A stretch of DNA of 64,000 nt from positions 480,001-544,000 of the forward strand of contig CBDBOV010000002.1 of assembly GCA_965208575.1 (NCBI GenBank), given 5' to 3'. Shown piece after piece: positions 57,122-64,000 of the stretch (position 1 is the stretch's first letter; each line of letters opens with the position of its first letter). This stretch comes from Spirochaetia bacterium (lineage in GTDB: Bacteria; Spirochaetota; Spirochaetia; SZUA-6; Bin103). The notes below the pieces were generated by a model. That model made no database searches, was not told the origin of the DNA, and worked only from the letters and a program-made list of their open reading frames with translations. The position numbers and the translations under genes were made by a program.

Positions 57122-57482
57122 ACGTTCCTCCGTATGTGGATTTTCGAGAGTATTGCGTAGCGGCTTGCCGCTCCCTGGCTACTTTCGCGCCCGCAACGCA
57201 GGCGGCCAGACAGAGTCGAATGTGTGACGCGCGCGGCGTGTGACTCACCGGGTCCACCCGGGTTCACGCCGCGCGCGCGTGCGGTTCTTTGAGTATCACC
57301 TTGACCTCTTCTTCCGCTCGTCGGGGTGCCTCGCGGCGACCGTGGTGAGGGAGTCACTATCGTCACAGGCTCGCCCGACCAAGTCAAGCGCGCACTCCGG
57401 CACTTCCGGCACTTCGGCATAGCCGCGTGCGCTCAGGGGCGGTGCCCGCCGGGAGTCGGTGGAGGTGGCGCGAACGGCCCGC

Positions 57483-58319
57483 CTACGGCGGCGAGAGCCG
57501 CTCGCCGGTGGCGACGCTGCGGAACCATTCGTGGACGACGCGGGGCGCGCGCCCGTCGACGTTGGCGGGCCCACGTTCTGCGCGCGCGTCGTCCTGGTCG
57601 ACGATACGGGTGTCGAGGCTCAGGCGCGTGCGTCCGGTGCGGTTGGGCCGGCTGGCATGCAGGTGCGCCCCGGAGAAGCACAGCAGGTCGCCGGGGTCGA
57701 TGAGCACCGGCACTGCCGCCGCGTCGTCGAGCGGGGCGCGGCACTCGGGCAGCAGCGGATAGCGTCCCGGATCCTCGCGCAGCCGTTCCAGGTCCCACTC
57801 GGCGCTGGTGTTGGGCACGGCGCGGTCGAACAGCGCCGGCCAGATCACCATGGTGGCGCCCGCTTCGACCGGGAACACCGGCCCCCACAGGTTGATCTGC
57901 GCCATGACGTTGGAGCCCCAGGTGTCGCGGTGCGCCGGCAGGTCGCGCATGCGCCGGCCGCGGTGAGTGGCGGCGCCGGGCTGCAGGCGCAGGATGAGGC
58001 GGTCGGCGTACGTGGCGGCGGGGTCGAGCGCGAGCGACTCGATGACCGCTCGAAACGAGGCGCGCACGCGCGCGTCGCGCATGAAGGCCCGTCGCAGCGC
58101 CGCCGCACGGGTACGGAACTCGGCGGCATCGAGCGACGCTTGCGCCTCCGGAGGTGCATGCGGAGCAAACGCCCCGGCGGCCATCGCCCGCGCCTGCGCC
58201 GCCAGGGCTACCATCGCGGGCATTTGCCGAAACACCAGGATCCCGCCCCGGTAGATCCGCTCCCGGTCGAGCGGTGCCTGCACAGCGGTGACGAGGGACT
58301 CCCTGCTGATATCAGCCAC
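57483..58319 (-). CDS. Hypothetical protein, probable Fe(II)/2OG dioxygenase fold
   Basis: HRDTW...INLW.P...GDLLCFSGAHLH...R.SLD.R. Confidence 0.7.
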   Translation of the reverse strand: MADISRESLVTAVQAPLDRERIYRGGILVFRQMPAMVALAAQARAMAAGAFAPHAPPEAQASLDAAEFRTRAAALRRAFMRDARVRASFRAVIESLALDPAATYADRLILRLQPGAATHRGRRMRDLPAHRDTWGSNVMAQINLWGPVFPVEAGATMVIWPALFDRAVPNTSAEWDLERLREDPGRYPLLPECRAPLDDAAAVPVLIDPGDLLCFSGAHLHASRPNRTGRTRLSLDTRIVDQDDARAERGPANVDGRAPRVVHEWFRSVATGERLSPP

Positions 58320-58358
58320 GGAGACGCTCCACGCGCTTTCCGCTGCAAGCGATCCGTC

Positions 58359-58655
58359 TCAGTAGTGGTAGCGGCATTGCGCGATCTCGCACCGGCCGTT
58401 CGTCACACGGTACACGAGGCGGTGTTCCCGCGTGATGCGGCGCGACCAGTAGCAGGCGATCTCGTGCTTGAGGGGTTCCGGGTTGCCGGCGCCGCGCAAC
58501 GGATGGCGCAGACACTCTTCGATCAGCCGAGCGATTCGCCGCGCGACGGTGCGGTCGTTCTGCGCCCAGTATTGGTAGTCTTCCCACGCATGTCTTGAGA
58601 AGGCGACCTCCCCGCGCGCACTTCCCCGGTCAGGGGAGCGCTTCGACTTCGCCAT
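58359..58655 (-). CDS. yoeB: Txe/YoeB toxin
   Basis: AWEDYQYW, G.PEPLKH, WSRRITREHRLVY, CRYHY. Confidence 0.94.
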   Translation of the reverse strand: MAKSKRSPDRGSARGEVAFSRHAWEDYQYWAQNDRTVARRIARLIEECLRHPLRGAGNPEPLKHEIACYWSRRITREHRLVYRVTNGRCEIAQCRYHY

Positions 58656-58905
58656 CGACGAGGGTGGCTCCGATCAGCCTGCCGGCCTCGATGTCGGCGA
58701 TGCCCTCGCGCAGGCGTTCGGCGTTGTGCGGCGAGCGCAGCAGGTGGAACGTCTCCAACATGGCGTCGTACTCGGACTTGGCCATCATGATCACCGGATC
58801 GCCCTTGGTCCGCGTTATCACCACCGTTACGCGGTCGTCGACGGCCGCGTCCATGAACGACTTCAGGTTCTGGCGCGCCTCGGTGTAGTTCGTGATGCGT
58901 TCCAT
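58630..58905 (-). CDS. yefM: YefM antitoxin
   Basis: NYTEARQNL, ETFHLLRSPHNAERL. Confidence 0.94.
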   Translation of the reverse strand: MERITNYTEARQNLKSFMDAAVDDRVTVVITRTKGDPVIMMAKSEYDAMLETFHLLRSPHNAERLREGIADIEAGRLIGATLVDGEVEALP

Positions 58906-58914
58906 GTGCTGGAT

Positions 58915-58942
58915 ATTGTACGTACAGGTTTATGTACGTCAA
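58915..58942 (-). promoter_or_regulatory. yefM-yoeB promoter and operator
   Basis: TTGACG-16 nt-TACAAT on the minus strand, overlapped by the palindrome TGTACGTACA (58917-58926) and a second GTAC site. Confidence 0.8.
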
Positions 58943-58980
58943 CCTCGCGCACGCGGCGAAGCGTCCACCCGCCGCCGGCC

Positions 58981-59679
58981 CTATGAGCGGCGGGCGGCTT
59001 GGCAGCGGGCGAAGCCGGCGCCGAGGTCGGGAAGGGGGGCGGCCAGTTCCGGCAGGTCGTCGAGCGGCGGCGGGTTGCGGTAGGCGGGCCGTTGCAGCAG
59101 TTCGGCGAGGTTGGCGAGGATCTGCAGCATGATCTCGACCGTCGGCGGGGTCACCACGGCGGCGCCGAGGCCGAACGGCGGCTGCGGATCGCGCACCGCC
59201 TCGTGGACGATCCGTACGCGCCCGCCCGGCGCCGGCGTCAGGGTCATGCGCTCGCGCAGGCACAGGACGCGCGTGCCGCCGAACGCGGTCAGCTTGTCGT
59301 CAGCGCCGGTCACGTCGAGCACGGCGCCGCCGCCGGGAAGCCGCCACCAGGTGGCGTGCGCGACCGTGACCCGGCGCGTGAAGCCGTTGCCGGTCAAGCG
59401 GTGGACGAGTGTGCGGCCCGCGGCGCCGGCGGGATACACGCGCTCCTCGACGCAATCGTTCAGCCACAGTGAGCAGGCGGCCGGGTCGCGCAGCACGGCG
59501 GCCACGGCGGCCGGGCTGCCGGCAGGCGTCGCGCGGGCGCGCACTAGCGGGTAGTCGGCACCGGGGATGTCGCGCGACTGTGCCGTCGCGACCGCGTTGC
59601 GGCCTTCGTCGCGCCACTCGGCAGACGCCCCCATGGCGGCGGTCAGGAAGGCGCCGGCGAACAGCGCCGGCAGGACCAT
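58981..59679 (-). CDS. Secreted START/SRPBCC-like protein
   Basis: Signal peptide; ..D....W...C.E.. and DP..motifs typical of START domains. Confidence 0.65.
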   Translation of the reverse strand: MVLPALFAGAFLTAAMGASAEWRDEGRNAVATAQSRDIPGADYPLVRARATPAGSPAAVAAVLRDPAACSLWLNDCVEERVYPAGAAGRTLVHRLTGNGFTRRVTVAHATWWRLPGGGAVLDVTGADDKLTAFGGTRVLCLRERMTLTPAPGGRVRIVHEAVRDPQPPFGLGAAVVTPPTVEIMLQILANLAELLQRPAYRNPPPLDDLPELAAPLPDLGAGFARCQAARRS

Positions 59680-59693
59680 GCGCCACGCACGTT

Positions 59694-60782
59694 TCAGCCG
59701 TGCGCCCGGCGCTCGCGGTCGCGGGCGGCCTGCAGGAACTCCTGCACCTTGACCGGCTGCCCGGTGTGGCTGCTCTCGATGGCGGCGAAGATCAGCGCCA
59801 CCGACTGCAGGTTGGCCTCCACGTTGGTGGCCATCGCCTCGCCGCCGTCCAGCCAGTCCAGGAACTGTTCCAGCAGCCAGGCGTCGGTCCAGTACTTCTG
59901 TTTTAGCAGCGGCACCTCGATGCCCTCGCCCTCGCGCTTGTACTGCTTCGGCTCGTACGGGAAGCGCTCGATGCGGCGGTGGTCCATGATCAGCGTCTCG
60001 TGCTCGCACTCGGCGCGAATGTACTCCCGCGACCAGCCGTTGAAGCCGCACGCGTTGGTCTTGGCGCCCTCGTAGATGGCGCGGGCGCCGTTCTCGAAGG
60101 TCATCATCACGTGGCCCTGCGAGCCGCTGGCGTATTCGCCCCAGGACGGGTTCCAGGTCTGCGCGTAGATGGTGTCGCAGTTCGCTCCGGCCATGTCCGC
60201 GATGATGTCGAGGTGATGCACCGACCCTTCGATCATCAGCGTTTCGTCGATGGTGTGGCGGAAGTGCGCGCCCCAGTCGCCGAAGTTGCGCAGGCCGCAG
60301 GTGAAGCGGCACACCAAGTAGTCGATGGTGCCGGGCCGGCCGGAGCGCAACTCGTGGCGCAGCGTGGTCTTGTCCTGGTCGAAGCGGTGGCTCATGGTCA
60401 CCCCCATCTTCTTGCCGGCGCGCTGCACCTTGTGGGCGATGCGCACCGCGGCGTCCATGGTGTCGGCGATCGGCTTCTCGGAGATCACGTGCATGTCGTG
60501 GGCAAGGGCGGCGTCCACCACCGACTCGTGGAACGCGGGCGGCACCACCACCGTGCAGATGTCGGCGGGGTTCTCGGCGCAGGCCTGCTGCAGGTCGGTG
60601 TAGCACTTTTCCGGCGGCAGCCCGAGGTGTTCCTGCGCGTTGCGGTGCACGCCGGGGTCGATGTCCACGGCGGCCACCACCTCCAGGCGGCCGGAGGCGA
60701 CGTGCGGCGGCAGAAACCGGGACATCCAGGGGACACCGCGACCGCCGGTGCCCACCTGGATCAGGCGATAGGTGTTTGGCAT
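59694..60782 (-). CDS. Gfo/Idh/MocA-family oxidoreductase
   Basis: IQVGTGGRG, HVISEKP, HHLD. Confidence 0.92.
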   Translation of the reverse strand: MPNTYRLIQVGTGGRGVPWMSRFLPPHVASGRLEVVAAVDIDPGVHRNAQEHLGLPPEKCYTDLQQACAENPADICTVVVPPAFHESVVDAALAHDMHVISEKPIADTMDAAVRIAHKVQRAGKKMGVTMSHRFDQDKTTLRHELRSGRPGTIDYLVCRFTCGLRNFGDWGAHFRHTIDETLMIEGSVHHLDIIADMAGANCDTIYAQTWNPSWGEYASGSQGHVMMTFENGARAIYEGAKTNACGFNGWSREYIRAECEHETLIMDHRRIERFPYEPKQYKREGEGIEVPLLKQKYWTDAWLLEQFLDWLDGGEAMATNVEANLQSVALIFAAIESSHTGQPVKVQEFLQAARDRERRAHG

Positions 60783-60953
60783 GTCGGCCCCGACGCTAAG
60801 CGCCCCCGATGCCCGTGTCAATCCGCCATTTGAGGGTTGCGGGCGCGATGCGGTGGGGTCAGGGTCTGCGGTCGGAAGCGACCGCGGTCCTGCCATCCGC
60901 TGATGGATGGCGCCAGTAGCATGCCGTTCACTTGAGCGGTATGATTGATTCAT

Positions 60954-61400
60954 ATGAGCGTTGCAGCGACGGAGGTCGCCGAGGTTCTGGGCGGTCAGCG
61001 GGTGCTCGGACGCAGGATCCGGCACGCACGTGACCTGGAGGATTTGATTCGCGAGGGAGTCCCGAAGCCGGCTCTGGAACGCTTGGTCAGCTTGCTCGCG
61101 GCGCCGGGTGGTAACGGCAGGGATCTCAGGGCCGGGCTGCGGAGCCGCATCGTGTCGCGGGCCACGTATCAGCGGGCCGAGCGCTTCAACCTGCAGGTCA
61201 GCGAGACCACGGAACGGCTCGCGCGCCTCTATGCGCTGGCTGCATCCGCATTTGCCGATGGCGGCGCAACGGCGCGGTTCATGCTAACGCCCCATCCCGA
61301 ACTCGGTGATCGAGCGCCCTTCGATGTCGCGCTGACCGAGGTTGGGGGACGAGAAGTCGAGGAGGTCATCGAGCGGGGCCTGCATGGCCTCCCGGCATGA
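60954..61400 (+). CDS. Xre/MbcA/ParS antitoxin
   Basis: IREG.P, SE..ERLAR, PHPELG.RAP...LTEVGGREVE...GLPA. Confidence 0.9.
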   Translation: MSVAATEVAEVLGGQRVLGRRIRHARDLEDLIREGVPKPALERLVSLLAAPGGNGRDLRAGLRSRIVSRATYQRAERFNLQVSETTERLARLYALAASAFADGGATARFMLTPHPELGDRAPFDVALTEVGGREVEEVIERGLHGLPA

Positions 61401-61836
61401 GACCGTAAGGTACGCATACCGGATCGTCAGCTCCCGGTACCCGCCATTCGACGGAGCTGGCGCGTACCGTTGGGGTAGCCGCTGGGTCAGCCCCGGCCGC
61501 CACGTGGTGCATGCGGCGGAAACCTATGCGCTTGCCGTGCTCGAGAACCTTGTGCACTGGCAAAGTGGCACGCTGCCGAGCGATCTGGTATGCGTTCGGA
61601 TCGCAATCCCGCGCGACGTTGCGCAGGAACAGGCCGACGAGATCGAGCCGGCACTGTTGCTTGCCGACGACTATCGCGCGACGCGACGCATCGGCGACGC
61701 CTGGTACGATGGCGGAGCAACCGCCCTACTGTGGGTGCCATCCGTCGTGTCTCCGTACGAGTCCAACGTGCTGTGCAATCAACGGCACGCGGAGTTCTCA
61801 CGGATTGTCGTGGGTGAGCCACTCCTGCTCGGGTAG
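61384..61836 (+). CDS. RES-domain toxin
   Basis: YRI...FDG.GA...G.RW...ALAVLE...VPSVV...NVL.N..H; start uncertain, C-terminus looks slightly short. Confidence 0.88.
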   Translation: MASRHETVRYAYRIVSSRYPPFDGAGAYRWGSRWVSPGRHVVHAAETYALAVLENLVHWQSGTLPSDLVCVRIAIPRDVAQEQADEIEPALLLADDYRATRRIGDAWYDGGATALLWVPSVVSPYESNVLCNQRHAEFSRIVVGEPLLLG

Positions 61837-61935
61837 ATGCCCGCCTGTCGTACCGAAGGTGACGCCTACGAAAAAGAAGGCCGCCGAGTGCCGGCTGCCG
61901 GCTGTGGGTTGCAATAGGGCGAGTGATTCGCCATA

Positions 61936-63111
61936 TTGAGTCTCAAAGTGGCGTTTGTAGGGAGATTTTTCGAGCCTCCGGCACAGAGTTACTACCTGTT
62001 CGGGCCGCGCGGCACCGGCAAGTCGGCCTGGACCCAACATCGCTACCGGGACGGCGTGCGCATCGACCTGCTGCGCCCGGCCACCCTGCAGCGCTACCGG
62101 TCGCGCCCCGACCGCCTGTTCGACCTGGTCCACGCTCAGCCCGACGGGCAGGTGATCGTGATCGACGAGGTGCAGCGGGTCCCGGCACTGCTCAGCGCCG
62201 TCCATGCCCTCATCGAAGAGCACCGCGGCTGGCGGTTCGTGCTGACCGGGTCGAGCGCACGCAAGCTCAGGCGAGGCGGCGTCGACCTCATGGCGGGCCG
62301 GGCCGTGGTACGGACCATGCATCCTTTCATGGCGGCGGAGCTGGGCGACGCGTTCGATCTTCGCGCGGCGCTGCAGCGCGGGCTGCTGCCGCTGGTGTTG
62401 GGCGCAGAGGACCCGGTCGACACGCTGGAAGGCTACATCGCCGTCTACGTGCGCGAAGAGGTGCAAGTGGAGGGGCTGGTGCGGGACCTGGACCGATTCT
62501 CCCGGTTCCTGGAGGCGGTCACGTTCTCGCACGGGCAGCTCATGAACGTCAGCAACATCGCCCGCGACAGCGAAGTGAGCCGCAAGACGGTGGAGGGCTA
62601 CCTGGGCGTGCTGGAGGACCTGCTGCTGAGCTTTCGCGTGCCGGTGTTCCGCAAGCGCGCCGCGCGCGCCACGGTCGCGCACGACAAGCTGTACCTGTTC
62701 GATTGCGGGGTGTTCCGCTCGCTGCGCCCATCCGGGCCGCTCGACCGGCGCGAGGAGATCGCCGGAGCGGCGCTGGAAGGGCTGGTGGCCCAGCACCTGC
62801 GCGCATGGCTCGCCTATCGCGGCGCGGGCGACCGCCTGTACTACTGGCGCACGCGGGCCGGGTCGGAGGTGGACTTCATCCTCTACGGGCCGGAGCAGTT
62901 CACCGCCATCGAGGTGAAGCACAGCGCCGCGGTGCGGCGGGCCGACCTGCGCTCGCTACGCTCGTTCCACGCCGACTACCCGGAAGCGGAGCGCCTGCTG
63001 CTCTACCTCGGCGACGAGGAACTGTCCATCGACGGCGTTCTGTGCCTGCCGTGCGACCGCTTCCTGCGCCGGCTGCATCCGCGCCGCGCGCTGCCGACGA
63101 CTGCGGCCTGA
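61936..63111 (+). CDS. AAA_14 ATPase with DUF4143
   Basis: GPRGTGKS, IDEVQ, LTGSS, KLYLFD.G, YYWRT...EVDF...IEVK. Confidence 0.93.
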   Translation: MSLKVAFVGRFFEPPAQSYYLFGPRGTGKSAWTQHRYRDGVRIDLLRPATLQRYRSRPDRLFDLVHAQPDGQVIVIDEVQRVPALLSAVHALIEEHRGWRFVLTGSSARKLRRGGVDLMAGRAVVRTMHPFMAAELGDAFDLRAALQRGLLPLVLGAEDPVDTLEGYIAVYVREEVQVEGLVRDLDRFSRFLEAVTFSHGQLMNVSNIARDSEVSRKTVEGYLGVLEDLLLSFRVPVFRKRAARATVAHDKLYLFDCGVFRSLRPSGPLDRREEIAGAALEGLVAQHLRAWLAYRGAGDRLYYWRTRAGSEVDFILYGPEQFTAIEVKHSAAVRRADLRSLRSFHADYPEAERLLLYLGDEELSIDGVLCLPCDRFLRRLHPRRALPTTAA

Positions 63112-63234
63112 CGGCCGCCTGCAACGCGCGTCCCCACACCGATTATCGTCCGCGAACGCACCCCTGCCCGAATCGACGCCCGCCTGCCGAGCCGACTGGA
63201 CTTGGTCCAGCCACGTGCCGCGCGGAGATGATCG

Positions 63235-64000
63235 CTATTGCAGGTCGGGGCTGCGCGGGGCGACCGGTTCCAGGACGGAGCGCCGCTCCGGGGTAAGGCG
63301 TTCGCGCAGGCCGGGGGAGAGCTGATAGTTGAACCGGGTGCGTATGTGGCGCGGCGAGTAGCGGTACAGCACGGTGCGGCGGTAGCCGGGGTTGGTGCGC
63401 TCGGCGGAGCCGTGGGTCACGGCGTCGGTGAACAGCAGCACGTCGCCGGCGCGCAGGTGCACTTCGCGCATGCCGAGCGCGTTGCCGGCTCCCTCGCGCT
63501 CGTGGGTGGCGGCGGTGATCGGCTCACCCTCCACCTCCAGCCGCGGGTGCACCTCGGTGGCCTTGTGGCTGCCGGGCACTAGTACCGTGGGGCCGTCGCC
63601 GGGGCCGATGTCGTTCAGCGCCATGATCACGTTGATCTGGCCCACCATCCAGGCGCCGGTGTTGTGCTGGCGGAAGGTCATGTAGCTCAGCGGCACGTGG
63701 CCCCCGGAGTGGATGTAGAGGAAGCCTCCCCGGGTGCGCACGTTGAGCAGGGTCTCGTGAATCGACAGCCGGTTGACCGGATTGACGTAGCGGCTCACCA
63801 GGGGCAGCCAGGCCGGGTAGTCGATCAGGCGCTCGAACACCGCGCCCCCTTCCACGATGTTCTGGAAGTTCACGCCGTCGTCCGGGCTGTAGCTGTGCAG
63901 CTCCACGTGGCCGATCCAGCGCCCCCGTTGCTGCTTGCCGCGCTCGTCTTCGCGCGCCGGCGCCTCCTCGACGTAGCTCCAGTGATCGTCCAGCCACCGG
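63235..64000 (-). CDS. PhyH-family dioxygenase (5' end outside the window)
   Basis: HSGG, GPT.LVPGSHK, AGDVLLFTD..THGS...RR. Confidence 0.88.
   Translation of the reverse strand, partial: RWLDDHWSYVEEAPAREDERGKQQRGRWIGHVELHSYSPDDGVNFQNIVEGGAVFERLIDYPAWLPLVSRYVNPVNRLSIHETLLNVRTRGGFLYIHSGGHVPLSYMTFRQHNTGAWMVGQINVIMALNDIGPGDGPTVLVPGSHKATEVHPRLEVEGEPITAATHEREGAGNALGMREVHLRAGDVLLFTDAVTHGSAERTNPGYRRTVLYRYSPRHIRTRFNYQLSPGLRERLTPERRSVLEPVAPRSPDLQ

Noticed and set aside
1-64000. tRNA, rRNA or integron attC array
   Set aside because: No cloverleaf, rRNA-like sequence or recurring attC-type site was recognised by eye.

Overview
High-GC bacterial accessory region. Gene style (family-5 solute-binding proteins with 'ATGLW' signal peptides, many PhyH dioxygenases, sulfatase, SwmB adhesin, dense toxin-antitoxin content) resembles host-associated marine metagenome genomes, but the organism cannot be fixed from sequence alone. 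Metabolic and transport genes (MFS, two Gfo/Idh/MocA, desaturase, SDR, MetE-II, sulfatase, flavoprotein disulfide reductase, two peptide-type ABC clusters, three PhyH) are interleaved with many TA modules, gene fragments and three IS elements whose ends can be read directly. Main points: (1) a ~10 kb four-gene operon (DrmA-like helicase, DrmB/DUF1998, compact UvrD-like helicase, 528-aa unknown protein with a possible DarT-like N-terminus) with no methylase or DrmC/D/E, bracketed by a clan AA protease gene and its decayed copy; (2) an IS110 inserted in the fourth gene, whose non-coding end carries 7-nt copies of both its target and its donor site (bridge-RNA signature, AG/GAG core); (3) a 3.8 kb ISNCY-type cargo transposon with a 5-bp TSD and an internal structured direct repeat; (4) a 2375-aa SwmB/Calx-beta/beta-barrel adhesin with framework-constant, loop-variable modules; (5) a stand-alone ABC-ATPase/TOPRIM-like candidate defence gene. 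No rRNA, tRNA or CRISPR array was seen. All family calls are by eye from motifs; no searches were run.
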